From the sequence record MG655269.1: a stretch of 64,000 nucleotides of DNA; one strand, 5' to 3'. Below are positions 1-8,966 of this stretch, piece after piece. Numbering within the stretch: the stretch's first letter is position 1; every line of letters begins with the position of its first letter. Position numbers and translations under genes: made by a program. Under the pieces are notes generated by a model. The model was given only the letters and a program-made list of their open reading frames with translations. It did not search any database and had not been told where the DNA came from.

Positions 1-996
1 ATGGCACATGATCATCAATTCAACGAAGCCTCAGACAGAGGGCTATTCGATTATGATGCTGACTGTAAAGTAAGTTACTTTATTAAGTCCGCACTCAAGA
101 CTCCGTTATTCATTCGACAGCGTACCGGATTGGATAATATCATCCCACCGAAGTTTTATGGTGGCGGGGTCATGGATCAGGTGGAAATCATGCTAGAGTT
201 TCAGATCAAGGAGCATGTATTTCTCGACATTAACAGTAAATCAATTGAGGAGCTACCACCCGAGTACGCCGTGATTGCCAAGGCAATTAATGTAATAAAA
301 GAAAAGCGTGTACGTGAACATGGCAACTATTATGTTGGTCGTGTTGTGTATACCTTTACCAGCGAATATTTCGAGCGCTGTAATGGTCAGTTCTATTTCT
401 CTGTGTTGGATATGGTCTTCTCCGTAAATAGCCCAGATGAGACAGACGAACACCCGTATTGCATTAATGTGCTGCAGCAAACCATGGCCGCGAAATTAAA
501 GGACGATTATGCCGGCTTAGTGACCTATGCAGTTAAGCTGGTAGATTCGCAGACGCGACTAGGCCCAAAGTACATCAACATCGCTGGCGATGTCTTTGAA
601 GTCACACCCACCGAAGGGCAAGGGACCGAATCAGCTGACGGCCTCTATCTCATTGGTGATGCACCGATCCGCAGAGGGAAGAAAGAATCTACTGGGCGTA
701 CACGATTTACGCCACTCGACTCGATACTACAAAGCCCTGAGAAGTATGGATTATTTTCTACTATTGGGGAAGCAAAGCATCGGGGAGATAAACAGTTGGA
801 TGCGGCATTTAATGCATTAGACGCAGCTAACGCGAAGGAACGGAAAGCGCAGCAGAAGATCGCTCAGCTGGAGACTCAGCTGGAAGGGTTTAAAGCAAAA
901 GAGAAACAGGACAATGGACTGGTTCTCAACAAAGGGATAACGGAGCTCATCAAACTTATTACTGCCACTATAGGCATTGTTAAACTCTTGAGGTAA
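1..996 (+). CDS. Conserved hypothetical protein upstream of the nvRNAP beta gene; C-terminal coiled coil
   Basis: 331-aa ORF ending 4 nt before the RNAP gene; heptad-like K/E/A-rich C-terminus. The start may lie at or before the window edge. Confidence 0.7.
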   Translation: MAHDHQFNEASDRGLFDYDADCKVSYFIKSALKTPLFIRQRTGLDNIIPPKFYGGGVMDQVEIMLEFQIKEHVFLDINSKSIEELPPEYAVIAKAINVIKEKRVREHGNYYVGRVVYTFTSEYFERCNGQFYFSVLDMVFSVNSPDETDEHPYCINVLQQTMAAKLKDDYAGLVTYAVKLVDSQTRLGPKYINIAGDVFEVTPTEGQGTESADGLYLIGDAPIRRGKKESTGRTRFTPLDSILQSPEKYGLFSTIGEAKHRGDKQLDAAFNALDAANAKERKAQQKIAQLETQLEGFKAKEKQDNGLVLNKGITELIKLITATIGIVKLLR

Positions 997-1000
997 CTCA

Positions 1001-2689
1001 ATGGACCCGTTGCTCGAAACAGCTATAAAAAATACCATACCAAAAATGAATCCAGATATCTCTAATGGATTTGTAAAGCGAGAGCTAGACAAAGCACTTG
1101 AATATCTCAACAACGTCTTTGCCAGCGCCTTTGGTAGTTTGGGTTCCAACATTAAGTACATCGGGTATCAGCGTTGCCGTCCCGATGAAGAGTACCGTTT
1201 CAGTTTAAAGCGTAATGGCGGAGCAACAGCTTCGAAGGCACGTTATGAGCTGGCCCGGTCGGATGTGTTTCTCACCAAGTTCAACTTCACGGTCGATGGA
1301 AAAGCAACCAAACCATTGCTGCTCTATGTACCGTACTGTGATGACACTGGACTGATGCACCTGCGTGGGACAGCACACACCATCTCACCTGTCTTGGAAG
1401 ATCCAGGGATCTCTGTGACACGGGATGGTTGTTTCTTTCGCGTGACCTGTGACAAGATCGTGGTGAAACGTACTGGCCATACGGTCTGTCGTGATACCAT
1501 GGACATCACACAAAAGCGTAAGCGTGTGCAGAAGCACATCAACGTACCGTGGGCGAAGATCTACCGTGCTAAGCAACAGAAAGCGAACTCAGCGAAGACC
1601 GCACCGGTTACCTCGCTGCCGCACTATCTATTTGCGAAGTATGGTGTCACGCACACCTTCAAGAAGTATGCCGGTATGGATGTGGTGTTCGGGACTGAGT
1701 TGGATATCACACCTCAGAACTATCCTGACAATGAGTGGACGCGGTTCTATTCCGCTAAACAAACCCACCCTAACAACAAGCGTCCGTCCCAAGAGTGGGT
1801 GCCAACGGCTGCAGCGTTAGCTGTCAGAACCACCGCGCCGTCTCAGTTGGTGGATATCTTGGTGGCGGGCTACTTCTATGTCGCTGACTGTTATACCCAT
1901 GAATTTAATCCGATTCACTCTGATGAGCCAGATCATTGGCGTCTGATGATGGGTAAGATGGTCTTTAACAAGACGGTCAAGTATGTGCAGATGACAGAAT
2001 ACCTGGCACCGCACTTTGCCTCACTTGATACGTACCTGGACGACATCGCCAAAGAGAACCTGGCCGAAGAAGGGGTGTTGTGTGAAGACGTATATGAGCT
2101 GATGACTTACATCATCGCGAACCTGGATCACATGATCAACACCGTGAACCTGGCTAGCATGTACAACAAGAAACTCGTTGTATTGCCGTATGTGCTATCA
2201 CCGATCATTCACGGGATCTTCTATACCAAGTTTAACCTGATGCAACAATGCAAGAAGCGTGCTGTTGATACCACCACTGGTGAAGAGATCATGGTGTTCA
2301 CGGAAGACACGTTATTTGATGTTCTTGGACGTAACCTGAAGCCGGAAGCGATTAACAAAGTGAAAGGGCCAGACCATGGCATGATTAGCTCTGTTGCAGC
2401 CCCAGGCGACAATAAGATGTTTAAGATAAATAACAAGATTACACTACAGCAAAATGCAACGCAATCAGGTGGGCGTCGTAATGAATCACCGATGACCGAT
2501 GATTCGAAAGGGCTGGATGTCAGTATTGCAGACTGTGCATCGTATCTCCACATTACGAAACCCGATCCGACCGGCCGCTCTTTATTTAACCCCTTTAAGT
2601 TATTGGTACGTGATAAACTCCTTCCGTCCGTTAAATATGAAAAACTGTTTAGCGTAACGCAGGCGATTATCTATCGTCGCAATATTTAG
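1001..2689 (+). CDS. Non-virion RNA polymerase beta subunit, N-terminal half (phiKZ gp123-like)
   Basis: 562 aa; blocks PKMNPDISNG, LPHYLFAKYGVTHTFKKYAG, AGYFYVAD, SMYNKKLVVLPY, DHG, KPDPTGRS are collinear with the remembered phiKZ gp123 sequence; GAGGT RBS. Confidence 0.9.
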   Translation: MDPLLETAIKNTIPKMNPDISNGFVKRELDKALEYLNNVFASAFGSLGSNIKYIGYQRCRPDEEYRFSLKRNGGATASKARYELARSDVFLTKFNFTVDGKATKPLLLYVPYCDDTGLMHLRGTAHTISPVLEDPGISVTRDGCFFRVTCDKIVVKRTGHTVCRDTMDITQKRKRVQKHINVPWAKIYRAKQQKANSAKTAPVTSLPHYLFAKYGVTHTFKKYAGMDVVFGTELDITPQNYPDNEWTRFYSAKQTHPNNKRPSQEWVPTAAALAVRTTAPSQLVDILVAGYFYVADCYTHEFNPIHSDEPDHWRLMMGKMVFNKTVKYVQMTEYLAPHFASLDTYLDDIAKENLAEEGVLCEDVYELMTYIIANLDHMINTVNLASMYNKKLVVLPYVLSPIIHGIFYTKFNLMQQCKKRAVDTTTGEEIMVFTEDTLFDVLGRNLKPEAINKVKGPDHGMISSVAAPGDNKMFKINNKITLQQNATQSGGRRNESPMTDDSKGLDVSIADCASYLHITKPDPTGRSLFNPFKLLVRDKLLPSVKYEKLFSVTQAIIYRRNI

Positions 2690-2701
2690 TGAGCCTACAT
2701 C

Positions 2702-2878
2702 ATGAAACAGAACGCTGAGATCGATTCGTCTATTATTTCTACCGGTAATATCTTCCAGGCACACAAGCCAGCCCCAGTTGGTCGTTGTGATCTGTCGGGT
2801 GAATCACAGAAACGCTCACAGAGCATGACAGAAGAAGATAAGGCGGCAGTAGCCAAACGTTTTGGTTTGACTAAATAA
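2702..2878 (+). CDS. Small hypothetical protein (58 aa) missed by the ORF track
   Basis: ATG 2702 to TAA 2878 fills the gap between two core genes; MKQNAEIDSS...KRFGLTK; weak GTGAG RBS. Confidence 0.55.
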   Translation: MKQNAEIDSSIISTGNIFQAHKPAPVGRCDLSGESQKRSQSMTEEDKAAVAKRFGLTK

Positions 2879-2925
2879 TTAACTTTTTGTAAGCAGATTG
2901 TTTTAGTCTGCAAAAGGAAACCGTT

Positions 2926-5409
2926 ATGAGCAATATGTACCCACCGCAGATGATGATGGCCCAAGGAGGGTTGTATCCTCAGCAAGGGATGTATCCGCAG
3001 CAGCAGATGATGCAACCCCCGATGATGATGCAACAACAAGCTCCACAAATCGATAAGCAAGCTTTAGCACAGGCTTTTGCAAAGTTTATCGATCAGGCGG
3101 CCACGCAGAACCAGAACCAGCTGACTGCCTATATCCACATGCGTTACACACAGAACCAGTATCAGAACCAGCAGTTCCAAACTGCGGTGAACACGGTGCT
3201 GGCGATGTACATGTTGGCGCTGCAGACAGCCCCTGGTATGCCACCGCATCAACTGCAGGGTCAAGCGGTGGTTGATGCATACGAAATCCACGCCATTCTG
3301 GAGTTGCAGCAGAACCCCCAGATGGTGCAGGCTTTGGCGCCGAATATCATTCAGGCGCTTGTGCAGAACATCCCGCGCTTACAGCAGCAGTTAAATCAAA
3401 GCTTCCCGCAGCTGCAGTTGCAAGTACCACAGCTTAATGTTCCGGGTTATCAGCTGCAGAATACCATGCAGCCGCAGCAGCACATGTTACCTGGTTATAA
3501 TGCCATGATGCCACCGATGCAGGGTTATGCACCGGTCCCGCAGCAGGGGATGTATCAGAACAGCATGATGCCTGGTCAGCCGTACAATGGTTATAACGCG
3601 CAGACCAATGATAACCTTGGCATGAGCGATGCCCGTGCTCAGTTACCTGCACCGCCAGCCGATGGTAAGTATTACGGCCCAGCAAGCATCGGTAACAACA
3701 CCGACAACAAACCAGCCAACACCGTGCAGCCTATTGCGGTCGCCGGCTTTGAAGTCAGTGAAGCGCGTGTACCAATGCATGCGGTGGGTGTGTTGGAAGA
3801 GTACAGCACACCTAACCTGCAACAAGCGATGCAACAACAGCAAGACATGCCAATGCCGAGTAACATCGACTTTGACAGTGTGATGTCGCTGGAAGAGGAA
3901 GAGCACGAAGAACCGATGTTCAACATCCCGATGGCGGATGAAGAGCAACTGGTGCTGAATGCGGGTACAGATGCTAGCACAGATGACGAACCGTATCAGA
4001 GTCCGTTCCCGTCATTCTCTCAGATCTTCGGTCAACCTGCCTCAGGTGCTAACATCAGTGCAGCAGCAGAAGCGGCGATGACGCCACCTCCTGCTGAAGC
4101 GTTACTGTCTCAGCCGGTTGCAAACAAACCGACGGTGGTGGTAACCAAAGCTGCTGAAGTGTCACCAGACGGCCTGCCAGATGGCTGGATGTTCACTGAG
4201 TCGCTGGAAGCCGGTGAGTTCCTGAAGCTGATCCGTGCTGCTAAACGCAATCGTAAGAATCCACTACCGATTCATTACGACCGTACTTTCATGACCCGCT
4301 TGTATCGCTATAACCCAGATGGTGCGATTGAGCAACGTATCGTAGGAGAAACCATGGACAGACTTCGTCACGACCTATCCTCACTGGACGAGGTAGATAA
4401 TCAAGGGGCACGTGAGCAAGCAGCACTGTTCGCACCACTGACCACTGCGACTATTGATGAAGTCAATAAGGTAGTGAAGGAAGCAGAGAAAGACAGCGGG
4501 AAAGTGACTGAGAAGCTGAAAGAGAAAGACATCGTCGTTCTTAGCAAGCCAGTGACTGTATCGTGCCGTCAAGAAGCAGCTATCCTGGTGGCAGCCAAAG
4601 CGGGCGAGATTCAGAAACTCAACAGCAACAAACACGGTTATGAGTACTACTACCGTGAAGCGATGATACTGCAAACCACCAAGAACGTGGTGGCGTTGTT
4701 GGAGAACCCAACTGTCAAAGCGTTGTCTCAGCGTTCACAGGTGAACAACCTGGTTGAGCTGGCAGAAGCAATCCGTGCAGCGCGTGCAGAAGGTGCGTTA
4801 AGTCCACAGGCACTGACCAAGCTGACTGACCACATGATGGAAGTGTTTAACGACATGCTCACTCATGATTACGGTTATGCGGGCGAACTGGTGTTGACCG
4901 GTAGCGATGAAGACGGTAACAAAACCCAGCTGGAAGATGAGCTGATGGACTTCGTGGTCTACATGGACAGTAATGAAGATCATCGTGAAGTGCTCGATCT
5001 GATTCATAAGCGTTGGATTCCGCTGCGTGAGCGTCTGTGCATTATCTTAACGGATGGTGCCTTAACCTCTGCACAACGTATCCTGGCCAAACGTTACGGT
5101 TCAGACGATGACATGGATGCGATGGTTGATGCGACCAGTAACATGCTGATTGCAATGACCTCGGTTAGCGTAACCAACCTCAACAAAACCAGCCGTGAGC
5201 TGAAGCTTGATGACAAGGACCGTATCTTCGCTGTAAACGCGTCTGACAGCCCGTATCTGTACAGTGTGTTGAAAGGTATCACCGAGCGCACTAAACAGCA
5301 CACATCGCGTTACACGAAGCATCGCGTGGTAACGGCAGATGGTCGCTTCCTGAACTTCCGCTTAGGTGGTTTGGGTGACGGCAGTGTCTTCATTGCCAAC
5401 TTTGAGTAA
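2926..5409 (+). CDS. Large hypothetical protein with Q/P/M-rich low-complexity N-terminus and helical C-terminal domain
   Basis: 827 aa; AAGGA RBS; YPQQ/MMQ repeats in the first ~300 aa, then an acidic linker; followed by a terminator-like hairpin. Confidence 0.85.
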   Translation: MSNMYPPQMMMAQGGLYPQQGMYPQQQMMQPPMMMQQQAPQIDKQALAQAFAKFIDQAATQNQNQLTAYIHMRYTQNQYQNQQFQTAVNTVLAMYMLALQTAPGMPPHQLQGQAVVDAYEIHAILELQQNPQMVQALAPNIIQALVQNIPRLQQQLNQSFPQLQLQVPQLNVPGYQLQNTMQPQQHMLPGYNAMMPPMQGYAPVPQQGMYQNSMMPGQPYNGYNAQTNDNLGMSDARAQLPAPPADGKYYGPASIGNNTDNKPANTVQPIAVAGFEVSEARVPMHAVGVLEEYSTPNLQQAMQQQQDMPMPSNIDFDSVMSLEEEEHEEPMFNIPMADEEQLVLNAGTDASTDDEPYQSPFPSFSQIFGQPASGANISAAAEAAMTPPPAEALLSQPVANKPTVVVTKAAEVSPDGLPDGWMFTESLEAGEFLKLIRAAKRNRKNPLPIHYDRTFMTRLYRYNPDGAIEQRIVGETMDRLRHDLSSLDEVDNQGAREQAALFAPLTTATIDEVNKVVKEAEKDSGKVTEKLKEKDIVVLSKPVTVSCRQEAAILVAAKAGEIQKLNSNKHGYEYYYREAMILQTTKNVVALLENPTVKALSQRSQVNNLVELAEAIRAARAEGALSPQALTKLTDHMMEVFNDMLTHDYGYAGELVLTGSDEDGNKTQLEDELMDFVVYMDSNEDHREVLDLIHKRWIPLRERLCIILTDGALTSAQRILAKRYGSDDDMDAMVDATSNMLIAMTSVSVTNLNKTSRELKLDDKDRIFAVNASDSPYLYSVLKGITERTKQHTSRYTKHRVVTADGRFLNFRLGGLGDGSVFIANFE

Positions 5410-5417
5410 CCCATAAC

Positions 5418-5446
5418 AGGAGAGCTTCGGCTCTCCTTTATGCCGG
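5418..5446 (+). terminator. Hairpin (C-UUCG-G loop) + TTATGCCGG element
   Basis: AGGAGAGC-TTCG-GCTCTCCT then TTATGCCGG, 8 nt after the stop at 5409. Confidence 0.8.
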
Positions 5447-5681
5447 CCAGGTTTTCCACCCATCTCCTCTATCGGACAACAGATATAGATAGCGTCTGAT
5501 CAACGTCATTGATTACACTTTATTCTACGACCCCAACGTAACCTGTCGACATTCATAAGGGAATGCCACACCGTTGTTTATGTACGTCCTTATAAAAGAA
5601 GCGACCAAGCAAAAGACCAATAATCCGCAAACCTTCTTTAAACCAAACCTATTCTCTTTTCTTATTAATCTGGAGTGTTGT

Positions 5682-6014
5682 ATGGATTTCTCATTTCTAC
5701 TTGATCAAAACCCGTTGAGCCATTACAAAAACGAGTTACCGGCCTTAGTCCGTGAACTTAATGGCTCGATGGAAGATGATGCCCGTGTTTCCTGTGAAGA
5801 CGCACTGAATGCGCTGGTGCATCTCTTTGCAACACCGGGTGAGCTCATCAGCCTTACTATTCAACGCCACTGTAGCATTGCTGAGCAGAAGCTGCGCTAT
5901 ACGGCAAAGTTCATCAATGACACGGTGGCCACGGTCGAAGGACCTGAACCAATGGATCTGCGCTATGTGCTAGGGACTGCAGTATTTAACGCCATTACCA
6001 TTCCTATCAAATAA
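5682..6014 (+). CDS. Hypothetical protein (110 aa; start refined from 5574)
   Basis: ATG 5682 is in frame and preceded by ATTAATCTGGAGTG (GGAG RBS); the same leader precedes 35777. Confidence 0.7.
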   Translation: MDFSFLLDQNPLSHYKNELPALVRELNGSMEDDARVSCEDALNALVHLFATPGELISLTIQRHCSIAEQKLRYTAKFINDTVATVEGPEPMDLRYVLGTAVFNAITIPIK

Positions 6015-6016
6015 AT

Positions 6017-6056
6017 CGGCATAAGAGGAGAGGCAAATGCCTCTCCTCTGTTATGC
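6017..6056. terminator. Bidirectional hairpin flanked by CGGCATA and GTTATGC
   Basis: Perfect 11-bp stem AGAGGAGAGGC/GCCTCTCCTCT between convergent genes; T10 run follows at 6063-6072. Confidence 0.8.
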
Positions 6057-6075
6057 TACTTCTTTTTTTTTTGGT

Positions 6076-8934
6076 TTAGAACGTGAACTTCGGGTTTTTC
6101 GAATCGTCGTCGTTGAAGTCGTCATCCGTCGGATCTTCAAGACTCGGGTCAGCGGCATCATCATCATCCGGATTAGTGGTATCGTCCGGGTTCTGTATGT
6201 CATCTGGGTTCTGCTCATCTACCGGGGGTTCGTCGCCATCGGTGGGTGGCGTCGGCATGGCAAACGGGTCAGCTTCGCCCTCATCCGGTGGAGCATTCGG
6301 ATTAGCAGCGGTATCACCCAACTGCTCATCTTCCTTCAGCTTATCGTATTTACTCTGCAGCTTCTCTTCGACTTTCTTCTTATCTTTCAGATACGTGAGA
6401 ATGCCTTCCCAGACATTTTCATTGTAGCTGATGATTTCAGAAAGCAGGGCAGCGGTAGCGTTAGTGTCTTCACCCAGATCATTCAGGATTGCGTATTGCT
6501 GCGCATTACCGGAATCATCCATCCACTTACGCATGTACATTGCCACCAGAGACTGACGCCAGGTTTCCAGATCCTCTTCAGAACCATCCAGGAACTTGCC
6601 TACCACAGCATCTGGGAAGCGGTCATTGATGACAGCCTCAGTGTGTTCACGACGTGTCTGGTAGGCACGGGTGATCTCTTCCAGGTCGGTGGTTTCAGGT
6701 TCAGGTAGGGTGACGATGATTGAGTTAATGAAGTTGGTCAGCAAACGGGCTGCAATCGCATCTTCATCCTTAGCAACATCCGGGTTATTGGCTTTGAAGT
6801 CCTCAAACATCTTCCTGCCTTTAGCAGAAGACGGGCTCCAGAGATTCTTGTTGTTATGAATGAGGTCATACAACTCATTCATCAAGTTACCGGATTTGGC
6901 AGTCAGTTTACGCACCAGGTCAGAGGCATGACCACACACCACACGTTGTGACACGGTGATCTCTTGCGAGTACAGCGCATCGTTGTTGATGTGTTCGATG
7001 GCAAACTTGATGTCGTTCTGCGACGAGATGAGTTCAGGACGAATCCCCCACATCTGTGACAGGAACTCCATCAAGCGGTCATTCCACTCCGGATCAGGTG
7101 GGGTGATATCACGCTTGCCGTGAGAGATATCTGCATCAATCGACGGGTAGTGATCGTTACCACTGGTCTTTACAATCACGCTGGCACTGTCAAGGATGTT
7201 ACACACATCACGCGGGTTCTTGGCGCCGATGATCGAGGAGAGACCAAGGGTGGAGTTCAAGTGCGTGGTGATCACATCTTCGATGGTGTTTTCTGGCTCT
7301 GGGTCATCCTCATCCAGCGGGATGTTCAGGGTGGTGATGTTCACCGAGTTCGCAACGTTAGCAAGTGTAGTAGCAATGATGTTGGTCATCGCCATCGACG
7401 CATACAGACGTGAGCGGTCTAACAGAGAACGACCAATACCAAACCGGTTGTAGTCGAAAGCGAAATAGGTCATCGCTTCTTCTGGCAGGTACAGGATACG
7501 GGTCTGCAGGTTACGGCAAGTACGGGCAAACATGATACGCATGACTTCGTTGGTTAACCCCACGGTCATGGTCTGACCATAGGTGCCATTAGCCAGGCGT
7601 TGCACCAGATCTTTCTCCACTTCTTCGACATACTTGTTGTAGAAGGCAGACGTATCAAAGGTACATTTATTACCCGACTTCATCTCCGCCGCCATGGCAA
7701 TGATGCCTTTGGTGCTGTCGATAGCGCTGTTGGTATCCTGACGGTTCTTCATCTGATCTTGATAGAACTGATCATTCTGCGCCGTACGCACCGGGTTACC
7801 GTGTTCATCCAACAGAACGAAGTAACCCACGCGGTGTTTAAAGTCACCTGGGACGTGTACTGGGATCACACACTCTGAGGGCAGGTGCATCAGTAATGGC
7901 TGACCAACGTTTTCTTTAGACAGCTCGTCGTCACGTCCGACCGTGATGTTGTTGGTCGCTACGTAATCACGCTGTTTAAAGAGGTCGTTGTAGACATTGC
8001 TGTACTGCTCATCCGTTAACACCGGCGTCTGGGCAACTTTGCTGTCTTTGTCCTTACCGCCTTTTGCTTTCGCCCCACCTTTGTCTTCCAGTGCTTCCAT
8101 GCCGGCACGACGCAGACCTAACGGGATACGGTTCTTCTTCGACAGGTTGTGGCGCGCTAACGCCAGCTTAAAGCGCGGCAGACTTAACACCGCATCGTTA
8201 TCGGTGATGGTTAGCCCTAGCTCATTTTTATTATCACCATTCAGATGGTGCATGGTCATAATAGGCGTTTCGCCACTCATCAACGATTCGAGTGACGCGG
8301 TCATCAGCATATTAGAACTACCTGGGTTACCCAGATAGCCACGAGAGCGGAACTGTTGGGAGTGTGCGTCGTAGTCATCAGCAATTGCTTCCATGCCAGA
8401 GCCACGGGTATAACCGTTAATCACGTTATCCAGTGACGACTGGGAAAGCACTGCCCAGGCTGAGGAACCGGTCTTAAATAACATGTCCGGAACGATGTCA
8501 GCAAGTTTGTCAGTAATTTTATAGTTCTTTTCTATGTACTCCCGCACTGCGCTGATCAAAAGACTGTTAAGCTCTGTGTTCTTACCTTCATACGCTTCTG
8601 TGGTATAAGTCAGGGAGACCGTGCGTAAGTTACGCGGAGAGAGAATAGACGCCGTAAGGATCTTACACGCCTTTAAGGCTCCGGGTACACTTTCCATCAA
8701 TTCGGTATTCGAGTCGATACTGGTACTGGTCAGTTTGGAGATGTTTTGGAGCATCCCTGCAGAAGGACCACCATCCCGGTTGGAGCGTCCTGTACGTTTG
8801 GACGTATCCCGCGGTTTGTTGTCCTTCGGAACCAGTATGTCAATGATCGCTTTTGTCGCAGGATCTTTATTGAGTAAATTCAGTTTTGGCGTAGCAGCAC
8901 GGCTGTTACCTGCCAAGCGATTCGATTCGGCCAT
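6076..8934 (-). CDS. Portal protein (phiKZ gp129-like) with acidic C-terminal tail
   Basis: Start refined to MAESNRL (CAT 8932-8934, GGAG RBS). HLPSECVIPVHVPGD..VGYFVLLDEHGNP block and a size of ~950 aa fit the remembered phiKZ-family portal. D/P-rich NPDD tail. Confidence 0.75.
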   Translation of the reverse strand: MAESNRLAGNSRAATPKLNLLNKDPATKAIIDILVPKDNKPRDTSKRTGRSNRDGGPSAGMLQNISKLTSTSIDSNTELMESVPGALKACKILTASILSPRNLRTVSLTYTTEAYEGKNTELNSLLISAVREYIEKNYKITDKLADIVPDMLFKTGSSAWAVLSQSSLDNVINGYTRGSGMEAIADDYDAHSQQFRSRGYLGNPGSSNMLMTASLESLMSGETPIMTMHHLNGDNKNELGLTITDNDAVLSLPRFKLALARHNLSKKNRIPLGLRRAGMEALEDKGGAKAKGGKDKDSKVAQTPVLTDEQYSNVYNDLFKQRDYVATNNITVGRDDELSKENVGQPLLMHLPSECVIPVHVPGDFKHRVGYFVLLDEHGNPVRTAQNDQFYQDQMKNRQDTNSAIDSTKGIIAMAAEMKSGNKCTFDTSAFYNKYVEEVEKDLVQRLANGTYGQTMTVGLTNEVMRIMFARTCRNLQTRILYLPEEAMTYFAFDYNRFGIGRSLLDRSRLYASMAMTNIIATTLANVANSVNITTLNIPLDEDDPEPENTIEDVITTHLNSTLGLSSIIGAKNPRDVCNILDSASVIVKTSGNDHYPSIDADISHGKRDITPPDPEWNDRLMEFLSQMWGIRPELISSQNDIKFAIEHINNDALYSQEITVSQRVVCGHASDLVRKLTAKSGNLMNELYDLIHNNKNLWSPSSAKGRKMFEDFKANNPDVAKDEDAIAARLLTNFINSIIVTLPEPETTDLEEITRAYQTRREHTEAVINDRFPDAVVGKFLDGSEEDLETWRQSLVAMYMRKWMDDSGNAQQYAILNDLGEDTNATAALLSEIISYNENVWEGILTYLKDKKKVEEKLQSKYDKLKEDEQLGDTAANPNAPPDEGEADPFAMPTPPTDGDEPPVDEQNPDDIQNPDDTTNPDDDDAADPSLEDPTDDDFNDDDSKNPKFTF

Positions 8935-8966
8935 TTTAAAGAGGCTCCTTGCAGTGGGAGAATAGC

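Noticed and set aside
5447-5681. 235-bp intergenic stretch as ncRNA or replication origin
   Set aside because: Only short weak stems and no iterons found by eye; not supportable without folding or expression data.
6037-6708. 223-aa + strand ORF
   Set aside because: Antisense shadow of the portal's repetitive acidic tail; starts inside a terminator stem with no RBS.
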